Shown: in pieces, positions 54,241 to 64,000 of the stretch | Numbering within the stretch: position 1 is the stretch's first letter | Layout: each line of letters opens with the position of its first letter | Origin: an uncultured Solirubrobacterales bacterium | GTDB taxonomy: Bacteria > Actinomycetota > Thermoleophilia > Solirubrobacterales > JBBDJG01 | Direction: 5' to 3' | Length of the DNA stretch: 64,000 nt | Assembly: GCA_963724065.1 (NCBI GenBank) | Contig: CAVRTB010000006.1 | Location: 133,105-197,104, forward strand | Made by a program: the position numbers and the translations under genes | The notes under the pieces: model-generated | Told to the model about the DNA's origin: nothing | What the model saw: only the letters and a program-made list of their open reading frames with translations | Databases searched by the model: none

Positions 54241-55686
54241 TCAGCTGACGGCGGCGAGGTGCCGCACGCGCGGCTTCGTCCGCGCGAAGCGACGACGGCG
54301 CAGTCCGTGGGGGCGGTGCCCGTGCAACTCCCACAAGGCGCGCTCGAGCGCGCCGGGCAGCCGGCGTACCTCGGGCAGCGCCTCGGGGTCGGCGTAGAGC
54401 CCGAAGTGCATCCAGTCGCGATAGCTGAACATCCCGATCGACAGGATGTGCCCCTCAGCGAGCGGCACCACGGGATATGCCTCGCGCAGCTTCGCCCCGG
54501 CCATGTAGACCGGGAAGCGCGGACCGGGGATGTTCGAGACGGTGAGGTTGTAGACCCGCTTGCTGCCGACGAGCCGCGCGGCCGGCGTCTTGAGCGGGCT
54601 GGGCAGGTACCCGAGTGCGTTCATCAGGCCCTCGAACGCGGCCGGCCGGTTGGCCGACTTGAAGGCGGCGGTCTGCTCGTGGACCCGCTGGAGGCGCGCC
54701 TCCGCGCGGCCCAGCTCGAGCGGCAAGTCGATGAACGCGAACGAGATCCGGTTGCCGAGCGCGGTGCGCTCGTCGTCGGAGCGCACGCTCACGGGAACCA
54801 TCGCCCTGAGCGGGCGCACCGGCTCGCCACAGCTCAGCGTCAGCGCGCGCAGGGCGCCGGTCACCGCGGCGAGGCACACGTCGTTGACGGTCACCGCGTG
54901 GGCCCGCTTGATGCGGATCAGCTCCTCGATGCGGGCGCGGTGACAGATGAGCGTGCGCCGCGGCCCGAGCGACGTGTTGAGGAACGAGGCGGGCGCCATC
55001 CGCAGGAGGTCGCGGTCGACGGTGCCTGCGGCACGTCGCACGGTGCCCGGCAGGCTGTCGCGCCCCGGGCGCGCGAGGCGGGTCAGGCGCAGTGCGGCCG
55101 ACACCGTCTCCGACGCGCCGCCACGCAGCGATGCAAGCGTGAGGCCGAGCGGGCCGGGCGGCCGCCCTCTCGGCTTCCACTCCTCGGGACTCATGGCCTG
55201 CGCGTCCGGATCGGCGTCGAACAGCAGCAGGCCCAGCTCGACCGCCGACTTCCCGTCGACGAGGGCGTGGTGCATCTTGAACACGATCCCGAGCCTGTCG
55301 TCCTCGAGCCGGGGCAGGAAGTACAGGTGCCACAGCGGGCGGTCGCGCAGCAGCGGCTCCGACAGCGCCGCGCCGGCCATGCTCATGAACTGATCGAGCG
55401 AGACCGCCTGCCTCTCGGGTGCGAGGCGCGTCACGTGCGCGCGCACGTGGAAGCGCGGGTCGTCGACCCAGTACGGCTCGCCGAGGCCGGGCGGCGGGAA
55501 TGCCAAGCGCTGACGGAACCGGGGCGCGAACCCGAGGCGCGCGTCGACGCCGTCCGCGACCTGCTCGAGCGTGGGGCGGGCACGCTCGGGATGGGCGCTG
55601 AAGAGCCCGCACCATGCGACATGCATGTGCGCATTGGAGGTCTCCACCCTCAGAAAAGACCCATCAAGCGGTGTAAGCCGCCTCAC
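54241..55686 (-). CDS. wax ester synthase/diacylglycerol acyltransferase (WS/DGAT), paralog 2
   Basis: HHALVDGKSA motif, N-terminal LDGSFLRVE..MHVAW. Confidence 0.9.
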   Translation of the reverse strand: MRRLTPLDGSFLRVETSNAHMHVAWCGLFSAHPERARPTLEQVADGVDARLGFAPRFRQRLAFPPPGLGEPYWVDDPRFHVRAHVTRLAPERQAVSLDQFMSMAGAALSEPLLRDRPLWHLYFLPRLEDDRLGIVFKMHHALVDGKSAVELGLLLFDADPDAQAMSPEEWKPRGRPPGPLGLTLASLRGGASETVSAALRLTRLARPGRDSLPGTVRRAAGTVDRDLLRMAPASFLNTSLGPRRTLICHRARIEELIRIKRAHAVTVNDVCLAAVTGALRALTLSCGEPVRPLRAMVPVSVRSDDERTALGNRISFAFIDLPLELGRAEARLQRVHEQTAAFKSANRPAAFEGLMNALGYLPSPLKTPAARLVGSKRVYNLTVSNIPGPRFPVYMAGAKLREAYPVVPLAEGHILSIGMFSYRDWMHFGLYADPEALPEVRRLPGALERALWELHGHRPHGLRRRRFARTKPRVRHLAAVS

Positions 55687-55811
55687 ACCGTGAAGGGTCC
55701 TTTAATCGGCGGACGGACCGCGCTCTACCAACTTGAGAACGGGCCGACCCGCGAATTGGCCCGCTGTCCAAAGACCCGCGCGGCCCCGCCGCCTACGGTG
55801 ATGCAGGAGCT

Positions 55812-57011
55812 ATGCGCCCCGAGCTATCTACAGGAGCCGCCGACGGAGTGGCGACGGGTCTCTCGTTACTGCGCGAGGTCCACCAGGAGATGGTCGAAGC
55901 GGTGCTGCACGGCGAGGGCATGGAACGCGTCGCCGTGCTGGCATCCGAGCGCGTAGGGCGCCCGGTCGCGATCGTGGTCCCCTCCGCCGCGGTCGCGGCC
56001 GTCGTGCCGCGCTCGGAGGTCCGCGGGCTCGCAGCGGTGCGGCGCCACGTGGCCACGCGCGGCCGGGTCGGCGCCACGCCACTGCCGCCGGAGGTCGAGC
56101 TGGCCGCGCCCGTCAACTCGGGAGGCGAGCCGGTCGGCGTGGTCGCGATGCTGGCCGGGCCCGCGCAGCCCCCGCCCGAAGCGGCCGAGGTGCTGCACCT
56201 GGCGGCACTTGCCGCGATGACCGGCGTCGCGCTCGATGAGGCGCGCGAACAGGAGGCGGCCCGCCTGCGCGGCGGTCTGCTCGAGGAGCTGCGCGAGCGG
56301 GAGGTGCCCGCCGACGACGTCCTGCGCAGAGGCGCGCGTCTCGGGACCGATCTCTCCGGCGGTGCGATCGTCGTGGTCACAGAGGTCCGATCGACGCGCC
56401 CTCGCCAGCTGACCGCGCTCGTGTCCGATGACTACCCGGGCGCGATCGCCGAGCTGCTCGACGGCCGGATCTACGCGCTGCTTCCCGCGGGCGGCGGCTC
56501 CGCATCGGAGGCCACCGACGCGGCCCGCGGCCTCGCCGAGCGGCTCAGAAAGCACGGCCCGACGGCGATCTCGTCGCTCTACGGCGATGCGGCGGACCTG
56601 CACCGCGCAGTCGAGGAGGCCGAGCTGGTGCTCGACGTCGTCTCCCGCGACGAGCGCATGGCGGAGACGATGTCGGAGGCGGGCTCGGGCGTCTACAGGC
56701 TGCTGTTCCGCGTGCTCGCCTCCCACCCGGACGAGATGCGCAGCTTCTTCGAGGACACGATCGGGGCGGTCGTGCGCTATGACGACCGCTACCACAGTGA
56801 CCTGCTCGCCACGCTCGAGGCCTACCTCGCCCAGGAGTGCAACATGAACGCGACCGCGCGCGCGATCTACGCGCACCGGCACACGGTCGCATATCGCCTC
56901 GAGCGGATCCAGCAACTGACGGGCCTCGACCCGACCGCGAGCGAGGATCGAGAGCGGCTCAGCCTGGGCCTCAAGGCGTACCGGATCGTCGCTCCGAACC
57001 TCCCGCGTTAG
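55812..57011 (+). CDS. PucR/CdaR-family transcriptional regulator
   Basis: C-terminal PucR HTH (NATARAIYAHRHTVAYRLERIQQLTGLD). AGGAG RBS. Confidence 0.85.
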   Translation: MRPELSTGAADGVATGLSLLREVHQEMVEAVLHGEGMERVAVLASERVGRPVAIVVPSAAVAAVVPRSEVRGLAAVRRHVATRGRVGATPLPPEVELAAPVNSGGEPVGVVAMLAGPAQPPPEAAEVLHLAALAAMTGVALDEAREQEAARLRGGLLEELREREVPADDVLRRGARLGTDLSGGAIVVVTEVRSTRPRQLTALVSDDYPGAIAELLDGRIYALLPAGGGSASEATDAARGLAERLRKHGPTAISSLYGDAADLHRAVEEAELVLDVVSRDERMAETMSEAGSGVYRLLFRVLASHPDEMRSFFEDTIGAVVRYDDRYHSDLLATLEAYLAQECNMNATARAIYAHRHTVAYRLERIQQLTGLDPTASEDRERLSLGLKAYRIVAPNLPR

Positions 57012-57020
57012 GCTGCGCCG

Positions 57021-57875
57021 GTGACTTCACCCCGCGGCGCGGTCGTGATCACCGGCGCCTCGACCGGCATCGGCCACGCGAGCGCGCTGCACCTCGCAAC
57101 GCTCGGCTTCACGGTCTTCGCGGGAGTCCGCCGCGACGAGGACGCTGAGCGGCTGCGCGCCGCCGGCAACGGCAGCATCGAGCCGCTGCGCATCGACGTC
57201 ACGGACCAGGCCTCGATCGACGCGGCCGCGCAACGGGTCGGTGAGGCGGTCGGCGCCGGCCGGCTCGCAGGCCTCGTCAACAACGCGGGCATCGCGGTGC
57301 CCGGCCCGATCGAGTTCATCCCGGTTGAGGAGTTCCGCCGCCAGATCGAGGTCAATCTCGTCGGCCAGATGGCCGTCACGCAGGCATTTCTGCCGTTACT
57401 GCGCCGCGCGCGCGGCCGGATCGTCAACATCGGCTCGATGGGTGGGCGCGTGGCCCTGCCGCTGCTCGGGCCCTACGCCGCGTCGAAGCACGCGATGGAG
57501 GGGCTCAGCGACTCGCTGCGCCGCGAGCTGCGCCCGGCGGGCATCGAGGTGTCCTTGATCCGGCCGGGACCGATCGCGACCGAGATCTGGGAGCGCGGCA
57601 ACAACACGGCGGACGAGCTGCTCGAGCGCATGCCCGGCGTCGAGACGCACTACGGCCCGGCGATCGCCGCGGCACGCGCATGGGCCGCCGACCGGGCGGG
57701 CGAGGCGATCGCGCCCTCCGTCGTCGCGGCCGTGGTGGCCGAGGCGCTCACGGCCGGCAAACCGCGGACCCGCTACCTGGTCGGCTCCCGGGCGAAGCTG
57801 ATGGTGCGGTTGCGGGAGATCCTCCCGGACCGCTGGTTCGACGCGCTCATCGAGCGCCTTGCGAAGAGGGGTTGA
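57021..57875 (+). CDS. short-chain dehydrogenase/reductase
   Basis: VVITGASTGIGHA, NNAG, YAASKHA. Confidence 0.9.
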   Translation: MTSPRGAVVITGASTGIGHASALHLATLGFTVFAGVRRDEDAERLRAAGNGSIEPLRIDVTDQASIDAAAQRVGEAVGAGRLAGLVNNAGIAVPGPIEFIPVEEFRRQIEVNLVGQMAVTQAFLPLLRRARGRIVNIGSMGGRVALPLLGPYAASKHAMEGLSDSLRRELRPAGIEVSLIRPGPIATEIWERGNNTADELLERMPGVETHYGPAIAAARAWAADRAGEAIAPSVVAAVVAEALTAGKPRTRYLVGSRAKLMVRLREILPDRWFDALIERLAKRG

Positions 57876-58177
57876 TGATGGCGGAAATCTGCGGGCACCT
57901 GGACACGATCGAGGCGGTCACGCCAAGCAGCACCAAGGGATGCAGCCAGTGCATCGCCGAGGGCGCGCGCTGGATGCACCTGCGCCTGTGCCTCACCTGC
58001 GGGGAGGTGGGGTGCTGCGACTCGTCGCCGAACCGCCACGCGAGCAGGCACGCGGCCGAGCAGGATCACTCGGTCGTGCTCTCCTTCGAGCCCGGCGAGG
58101 ACTGGTGCTGGTGCTACGTGGACGAGGTGGCGTTCGCGGTGGACGGGCTGCCGGTGGAGGTGCAGCAGCACGAGTAG
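57875..58177 (+). CDS. UBP-type zinc-finger protein
   Basis: CSQCIAEG..WMHLRLCLTCGEVGCCDSSPNRHASRH. The start overlaps the SDR stop (TGATG). Confidence 0.75.
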   Translation: MMAEICGHLDTIEAVTPSSTKGCSQCIAEGARWMHLRLCLTCGEVGCCDSSPNRHASRHAAEQDHSVVLSFEPGEDWCWCYVDEVAFAVDGLPVEVQQHE

Positions 58178-58324
58178 CCGGCGGCCACCGGATCCGTGTG
58201 GCCGGACTCGAAGCGCCACCGGCTGAACCTTGGCGCTTTGCACCCGGGGGGTGGGTGCGGATTGCAGAAGTTCCGCCCCGCCGTCCGCGACCCGCCGGCG
58301 CAGCCGCCCCGCGCCCCTCCGACG

Positions 58325-59479
58325 CTAGAGCTGCTCCGTCTCGGTCGGCAAGCCGAGCAGCACGCGGCCCGTCAACTCCCACGTCGAAGGGCCGACGAGC
58401 ATGTGCTGTGTGGCGGCGTGGACGTCGCGGAAGCGCCGCTGGAGGGGACTCGTCTCGTAGATCGACGACCCGCCGCCGAGCTCGTAGGCGGTGTCGACGA
58501 CCCCGGCCGAGGCGCTCGTCGCATGTGTCGCCGCGAGCCGCAGTGCAGCGCGCTGCGCGACATCGACCTGCCCCTCGAGCCGGGCCTGCGCCCAGCCGCG
58601 CTCGATCTCCGCGTAGAGCAGCTCACGCGCGGCGCGGAGCGCTGCCTCGGCGCGCGCGACGCCACCCTGCGTCGCGGAGCGCTCGGCGAGCCGCCGCGAG
58701 CTGAGCGTGGGCGTCTTCGCGCCCGCCAGATCGCCGATGTCGTCGAGGGCCGCGCGCGCGATCCCGAGCGCCACCCCGGCGATCGCCAGCGCAAGCAGCC
58801 CGAACACCGGGAAGGCATAGAGCGGGCCGCGCTCGAGCGGCTCATCGGTCAGCAGGGAAGCCGTGCGCGCCGCTGGAACGCGCACATCGTGGACCTCCAT
58901 GTCGTGGCTGCCGGTGCCGCGCAGCCCGGAGACGTTCCAGGTGTCGAGCACCTCGGCGTCGCTTGCCGGGAACAGGGCCAGGCGGATGTCGGGCCGCCCC
59001 TCCGTGACCATCGCGGGGGCCCCGTTCTCGAGCACGAAGCAGCCGCCCATCAACCAGTCGCAGTGGTCGATGCCGCTCGCGAAGGCCCAGCGCCCGCTCA
59101 CCGAGTAGCCGTCTCCCGTGCTCTGGGCCCGCCCGCGCGGGGCGAACACGCCGCCCGATACGGAGCGCGGGTCGCCGAACACCTCCCGCGCGGCGGCCTC
59201 GTCCAGGTAGGCCGCCACCATCCCGCTCGTCGCACACGCGGCGATGCACCATCCTGCGGCCGCGTCGGCGCGCGAAAGCTCCTCGACCGTCGCGACGAAC
59301 GTCGCCGGGTCGCTCTCTCCGCCGCCGAGCGACGCCGGGACGAGCATGCGAAAGAATCCTCCCGCCGCGAGCGCATCGGCGATCTCGGCGGGAAGCTTGC
59401 GGTTGCGTTCGCCGTCCTCGGAGTGCGCGCGCAACAGCGGCGCAAGGGCGCGAGCGGCCTCCACCTGTGCGAGCCCCAT
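58325..59479 (-). CDS. acyl-CoA dehydrogenase-family flavoprotein (possible monooxygenase type)
   Basis: 384 aa with an ACAD three-domain layout (..GYSVSGRWAFASG.., C-terminal helical domain). Confidence 0.8.
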   Translation of the reverse strand: MGLAQVEAARALAPLLRAHSEDGERNRKLPAEIADALAAGGFFRMLVPASLGGGESDPATFVATVEELSRADAAAGWCIAACATSGMVAAYLDEAAAREVFGDPRSVSGGVFAPRGRAQSTGDGYSVSGRWAFASGIDHCDWLMGGCFVLENGAPAMVTEGRPDIRLALFPASDAEVLDTWNVSGLRGTGSHDMEVHDVRVPAARTASLLTDEPLERGPLYAFPVFGLLALAIAGVALGIARAALDDIGDLAGAKTPTLSSRRLAERSATQGGVARAEAALRAARELLYAEIERGWAQARLEGQVDVAQRAALRLAATHATSASAGVVDTAYELGGGSSIYETSPLQRRFRDVHAATQHMLVGPSTWELTGRVLLGLPTETEQL

Positions 59480-59537
59480 CGGCTCGGGTAGCGTAGCCGA
59501 CCATACGCGCGGACCAGGAAGACAACGAGGAGAGCGA

Positions 59538-60554
59538 GTGAATCAGCGATTGAACCGTCAGTGGGTGCTGGCCTCCCGGCCACAAGGCATGGTCGAGCCG
59601 GCGCACTTCGAGTTGCGCGAGGGCGACGTGCCGGAGGCCGGGGAGGGAGAGTTCCTCGTGCGGAACCTGTTCCTGTCCCTCGACCCCGCGATGCGCACCT
59701 GGATGACAGATCGCCCGAGCTACGTGCCCCCAGTCGGCCTGGGAGAGGTGATGCGCGGCATGTGCACCGCCCAGGTCGTCGAGAGCCGCACCCCGGACTT
59801 CAGCGAGGGCGACACGCTCGTCGGCATGTTCGGATGGCAGGACTACGCGGTCGGCAAGAATGACTGGTCGACCAGCAAGATCCCCGCGGACACACCGCCG
59901 ACGTGGCCGCTGAGCGTGCTCGGCATCACCACGCTCACCGCCTATTTCGGGCTCAAGGAGATCGCGAAGCCGCAGGCAGGGGAGACCGTCGTGGTGTCGG
60001 GCGCCGCCGGCGCGACCGGCTCGGTGGCCGCACAACTCGCGAAGACCTGGGGCTGCCGGACGATCGGCATCGCGGGCGGGTCGGAGAAATGCGCGTGGCT
60101 GACAGGCGAGTTGGGACTCGACGGCGCCGTCGACTACAAGTCCGAGGACGTGCGCGCCCGGTTGAAAGAGCTCTGCCCGGACGGCGCCGACGTCTTCTGG
60201 GACAACGTCGGCGGCAAGACCCTCGAGGCCGGCCTCTCGAACCTCGCGATGCACGCGCGCGTCGTCCTGTGCGGCGCGATCTCCAACTACAACTCCGACC
60301 GGATCCCGCCCGGCCCGCGCAACTACATGAACCTCCTCGTCAAGCGTGCCCGCATGGAAGGCTTCGTGGTGTTCGACTACATGGACCGTGCGGACGAGGC
60401 GTTCGCGGAGCTCACGCCGATGATCCGCGACGGTCGCCTGCACCATCGCGAGGATGTGCGCGGCGGGCTCGAGAACGCACCGGAGGCACTCGTCGACCTC
60501 TACACCGGAGCGAACACCGGCAAGCTGCTCGTGAAGATCGCGGATGCCCAATGA
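59538..60554 (+). CDS. NADP-dependent oxidoreductase (MDR, PTGR1/YncB-like)
   Basis: GTG 59538 after a GAGGAGAG RBS. VVVSGAAGATGSVAAQLAK. This is the 3' part of track ORF 59244..60554. Confidence 0.85.
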   Translation: MNQRLNRQWVLASRPQGMVEPAHFELREGDVPEAGEGEFLVRNLFLSLDPAMRTWMTDRPSYVPPVGLGEVMRGMCTAQVVESRTPDFSEGDTLVGMFGWQDYAVGKNDWSTSKIPADTPPTWPLSVLGITTLTAYFGLKEIAKPQAGETVVVSGAAGATGSVAAQLAKTWGCRTIGIAGGSEKCAWLTGELGLDGAVDYKSEDVRARLKELCPDGADVFWDNVGGKTLEAGLSNLAMHARVVLCGAISNYNSDRIPPGPRNYMNLLVKRARMEGFVVFDYMDRADEAFAELTPMIRDGRLHHREDVRGGLENAPEALVDLYTGANTGKLLVKIADAQ

Positions 60555-62281
60555 GCAAGGGCATCGTGAGCCCAGGGGTGGCGCTGGGACTGTCGGCCGG
60601 CCTACGGGAGGAGGTCGAGGAACTGGTCGACGACTGGGGGGCCACGGGAAAGGTGGCGCGCCTCTGGGAGGGCGACGCCAGCCTCTGGACCGGGGCTGAC
60701 GAGAAAGACTGGCTCGGCTGGCTGGACGTCGCCGCGGAGCAGATCCGCGAGGCCGACACCCTTCGCCGGCTCGCCGATGACGTGCAGGGCGCCGGGTTCA
60801 CGCATGTCCTGCTGCTCGGGATGGGCGGCTCGAGCCTCGCTCCGGAGGTTCTCGCGAAAACGTTCGGCGCGACCGGCGCGAGCCCCCGGCTACACGTGCT
60901 CGACTCGACCGATCCCGCCCAGGTGCGCGCGGCCGAGGCGGAAGTCGATCTGACGCAGACGCTGTTCTTCGTTTCCAGCAAGTCCGGCTCGACTCTCGAG
61001 CCCGACGTGCTCAAGCGGTATTTCCTCGAGCGCGTGCGCGAGACGGTGGGGGAGGCCGCTGCGGGCCGGCGGTTCGTCGCGATCACGGACCCGGGCTCGG
61101 CGCTCGAGCGTGAGGCGCGGGAGGAGGGCTTTCGCGCCGTGTTGCACGGCCGCCCCTCGATCGGCGGCCGCTACTCGGCGCTGTCGAGCTTCGGGATGGC
61201 TCCGGGCGCCGTCGCCGGGGTGGACGTGATCGCGATGCTCGAGCGCGCGCAGCGGGCCGCCGAGGCCTGCGGGCCCGGAGTGGCGGCGCGCGACAACCCC
61301 GGGCTGGTGCTCGGTGCGGCGCTCGGCGTGTCCGCGCTCGGCGGCCGGGACAAGGTGACGCTCGTCGCCACGCCGGGGATCGCCGGCCTCGGCGCATGGA
61401 TCGAGCAGTTGCTCGCGGAGTCGACCGGCAAGGACGGCAGGGGCCTGATCCCGGTCGCCGCGGAGCCTCTGGGCGAGCCCGAGGTCTACGGCCGCGACCG
61501 CCTGTTCGCCTATCTGCGCCTCGCGAGCGATCGTCAGTCGGATCAGGACGAGGCCGTCGAGGCGCTCGAGCGGGCCGGGTTTGCGACCGTCCGAATCGAC
61601 GTGCCCGACCGGCCCGCGCTCGGGGCACAATTCTTCATCTGGGAGTTCGCGACGGCGGTCGCGGGCGCCGTGATCGGCGTCAACCCGTTCGATCAGCCGG
61701 ACGTCGAGGCCTCCAAGGCGAGGACGAGGGAGCTGACCGAGGAGTACGAGCGCACGGGTGCGCTGCCTTCGGACGAGCCGATTCTCGAGGAGGCCGGCCT
61801 GTCGGTGTTCGCGGATCAGCGCAATGCGGACGCGCTCGGGAGCCACACGTCGCTCGACGCGATCCTCTCGGCGCACCTCGGGCGCGTGCGGAAGGGCGAC
61901 TACGTCGCCTTGCTGCCGTACATCGAGCGCTCTGCGGAGCACGAGCGCGCGCTCGCGGACATTCGCCGCGCGGTGCGCGACCACACCCGCGCGGCGACCT
62001 GCGTCGGGTTCGGCCCCCGCTTTCTGCACTCGACGGGCCAGGCCTACAAGGGCGGCCCGAACACGGGGGTGTTCCTCCAGATCACGTGTGACGACGCGGA
62101 GGACCTGGCGATCCCCGGCAGCGGGTATTCCTTCGGCATCGTGAAGGCGGCCCAGGCGCTCGGCGACCTCGACGTGCTGGCCGGCCGCGGCCGGCGCGCC
62201 CTGCGGCTGCACATGGGCGCGGACGTCGATGCCGGGCTACGCGCCGTCGGGGACGCGATCACACGGGCGCTCTCCACATGA
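60551..62281 (+). CDS. pgi: glucose-6-phosphate isomerase (long actinobacterial PGI type)
   Basis: ATGA overlap with the previous stop. LLLGMGGSSLAPEV, FFVSSKSGSTLEP, GGRYSALS. This is the 3' part of track ORF 59903..62281. Confidence 0.85.
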   Translation: MSKGIVSPGVALGLSAGLREEVEELVDDWGATGKVARLWEGDASLWTGADEKDWLGWLDVAAEQIREADTLRRLADDVQGAGFTHVLLLGMGGSSLAPEVLAKTFGATGASPRLHVLDSTDPAQVRAAEAEVDLTQTLFFVSSKSGSTLEPDVLKRYFLERVRETVGEAAAGRRFVAITDPGSALEREAREEGFRAVLHGRPSIGGRYSALSSFGMAPGAVAGVDVIAMLERAQRAAEACGPGVAARDNPGLVLGAALGVSALGGRDKVTLVATPGIAGLGAWIEQLLAESTGKDGRGLIPVAAEPLGEPEVYGRDRLFAYLRLASDRQSDQDEAVEALERAGFATVRIDVPDRPALGAQFFIWEFATAVAGAVIGVNPFDQPDVEASKARTRELTEEYERTGALPSDEPILEEAGLSVFADQRNADALGSHTSLDAILSAHLGRVRKGDYVALLPYIERSAEHERALADIRRAVRDHTRAATCVGFGPRFLHSTGQAYKGGPNTGVFLQITCDDAEDLAIPGSGYSFGIVKAAQALGDLDVLAGRGRRALRLHMGADVDAGLRAVGDAITRALST

Positions 62282-63240
62282 GCAAGGTGAGCGGCGGCAT
62301 CGACGTCGGTGGCACCAAGATGCAGGCCGCCGTCGTGTCGGAGGACGGGAAGGTCGTCGGGCAGGCGCGACGCCCGACGCGCACGAACGCCGGCCCGGAC
62401 GAGGTGGTCGCGGAGCTGGCCGCGGCGGTCGGCGCCGCGCTCGAGGACGCGAGCGTCGACGCAGACACGCTGGCCTCGGTCGGGATCGGCTGGCCGGGGT
62501 CCGTAGACACCGCGGCCGGGATCGTCACGAAGGCGGTCCACCTCCCCGAGCTGAAGGGGTTCCCGCTCGCAGCGTCCCTGGCCGGCGCCGTCGGCGCGCC
62601 GGTGCGGCTCGGCAACGACGTGCAGGTCGCGACCGACGCGGAGTTCTCACTCGGGGCCGGGCGCCCGTACCGCTCGATCGTCGGGGTCTTCTGGGGCACC
62701 GGGGTCGGTGGTGGCATCGTGCTCGACGGACGGCCCTGGACGGGTCGCGGCGCCGCCGGAGAGATCGGTCACATCGTCGTCCGCGAGCGTGGCCGCTGGT
62801 GTCCGTGTGGGCGCCGTGGCTGCTTGGAGGCGTATGCCGGCCGCGCCGCGATGGAGCGCCGCGCGCGCCGCGCGGCGGAACGCGGGGAGTCCACGGTCCT
62901 GTTCGAGATCATGGAGGAGCGGGGGCGCGATCGCCTCACGAGTGGGGTGTGGGAGCGCGCGCTGCGCCACGGTGACCCGCTCGCGACGCGCCTGATGGAC
63001 CGCGCCCTCGCGGCGCTCGGGACGGGCATCGCATCGGCGCTGAACGTCCTCGACGTCGAGGCCGTGGTGATCGGAGGCGGGCTCGGGGTGCGGCTCGGCG
63101 AGCGCTACCTCGGGCGCATCGAGGAGGAGGTCATGCCCCACCTGTTCGCCGACGACCGCCCGCCGGCGATCCTCGTCGCCGAGCTCGGCGATCTGGGGGG
63201 TGCGATGGGCGCCGCGATGCTCGGCCGTGCGGCTCTCTAG
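62278..63240 (+). CDS. ROK-family sugar kinase (probable glucokinase)
   Basis: GIDVGGTK, GNDVQVA. ROK Zn motif GEIGHIVV..GRWCPCGRRGCLE. ATGA overlap with pgi. Confidence 0.85.
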   Translation: MSKVSGGIDVGGTKMQAAVVSEDGKVVGQARRPTRTNAGPDEVVAELAAAVGAALEDASVDADTLASVGIGWPGSVDTAAGIVTKAVHLPELKGFPLAASLAGAVGAPVRLGNDVQVATDAEFSLGAGRPYRSIVGVFWGTGVGGGIVLDGRPWTGRGAAGEIGHIVVRERGRWCPCGRRGCLEAYAGRAAMERRARRAAERGESTVLFEIMEERGRDRLTSGVWERALRHGDPLATRLMDRALAALGTGIASALNVLDVEAVVIGGGLGVRLGERYLGRIEEEVMPHLFADDRPPAILVAELGDLGGAMGAAMLGRAAL

Positions 63241-63310
63241 AGCCGAAAACCTGCAGGCCAATACTTTCCGCACGACCGTTCGTTCATATGCTATGTTTGC
63301 GCCGCGAGCG

Positions 63311-64000
63311 ATGGAGACGGCCGCCAGACAACGGGACCAGCGCACCGACGGGCGCCGCGCCAAGGGCGAGCGGACGCGTCGCACGATCCTCGATCACGCC
63401 GTCCAGATCGCGTCGACCGAGGGCCTCGAGGGCCTTTCCATCGGGCGGCTCGCGGATGAGCTCGGAGTCAGCAAGAGCGGGCTGTTCGCGCACTTCGGCT
63501 CCAAGCAGGAGCTTCAGGTCGCGACGGTGCGCGCCGCGCGCGAGCTGTTCCTCGACGAGGTCGTGGCCAGTGCTCGCGTCGGTGGCGGGATCGACGAGAT
63601 CCACTCGCTCACGGACTCCTGGCTCGACCACATGGAGCGCGAGGTCTTTCGCGGCGGATGCTTCTTCTCTGCCGCCTCGCTCGAGTTCGACGGGCGACCC
63701 GGGCCCGTGCGCGACGAGGTTGCGAGCATGGTCAGTGAATGGCTGATGGCGCTCGAGGCCTCGGTCCAGGACGCCCAGGAGGCCGGGCACGTGTCACGTG
63801 ACGTCGACCCGCCCCAGCTCGCCTTCGAGTTGCACGCGCTCGGCATGGGCGCGAACTGGGCCTTCCAGCTCTACCAGGACCGCGAGGCGTTCACGCGGGC
63901 GCGGTCCGCAATCGGCCAGCGCCTGCAGGCGGCTGCGCCGCTGGCGCCCTTCGAGGTCGAGGTCGACGAGGGTCCCGCACGTAGAACCCTCCGCACCCAG
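63311..64000 (+). CDS. TetR-family transcriptional regulator (3' end beyond window)
   Basis: My translation: METAARQRD..RTRRTILDHAVQIASTEGLEGLSIGRLADELGVSKSGLFAHFGSKQELQ (TetR HTH). The frame stays open to the window edge, so it is absent from the ORF track. Confidence 0.8.
   Translation, partial: METAARQRDQRTDGRRAKGERTRRTILDHAVQIASTEGLEGLSIGRLADELGVSKSGLFAHFGSKQELQVATVRAARELFLDEVVASARVGGGIDEIHSLTDSWLDHMEREVFRGGCFFSAASLEFDGRPGPVRDEVASMVSEWLMALEASVQDAQEAGHVSRDVDPPQLAFELHALGMGANWAFQLYQDREAFTRARSAIGQRLQAAAPLAPFEVEVDEGPARRTLRTQ

Overview
Very GC-rich (about 70% by eye) actinobacterial-type chromosomal segment. Protein signatures loosely suggest a Thermoleophilia/Solirubrobacterales-like organism, but that is a low-confidence guess. 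I support about 50 protein genes. I found no rRNA, tRNA or CRISPR array.

Left third (1-21 kb): a secreted purple-acid-phosphatase-like enzyme with DUF11 repeats; a MacB-type ABC exporter operon (peptidoglycan-binding adaptor, ATPase, FtsX permease, two lipoproteins); a secreted Vgb-like 7-bladed propeller; and an OmpR/histidine-kinase pair divergent from an RND / mini-lipoprotein / RND operon.

Middle (22.2-43.0 kb): an accessory-looking block of secreted enzymes (lysyl-oxidase-like, CocE/NonD hydrolase, esterases, two tandem subtilases), a GGDEF-EAL protein and an IS110 transposase relic. The block is bracketed by two inverted copies of a TA-flanked MITE-like element.

Right third: lipid and central metabolism (two WS/DGAT, acyl-CoA dehydrogenases, crotonase, SDRs, a PucR regulator), a Cys-variant ccmE, secG, an NhaP antiporter, pgi plus a ROK kinase, and a TetR gene.

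Most notable observations:
- An unrecognised bipartite (RSRWS)n Arg/Trp pentapeptide tail on both subtilases, with different copy numbers.
- The MITE pair, whose ends sit on TAG stop codons.
- Four apparent 1-nt frame disruptions, two of them in an identical CTGCGAC context.
- REP-like palindromes.
- A 48-bp duplication flanking a RibD_C gene.

The many long antisense ORFs in the track are GC-driven artefacts.
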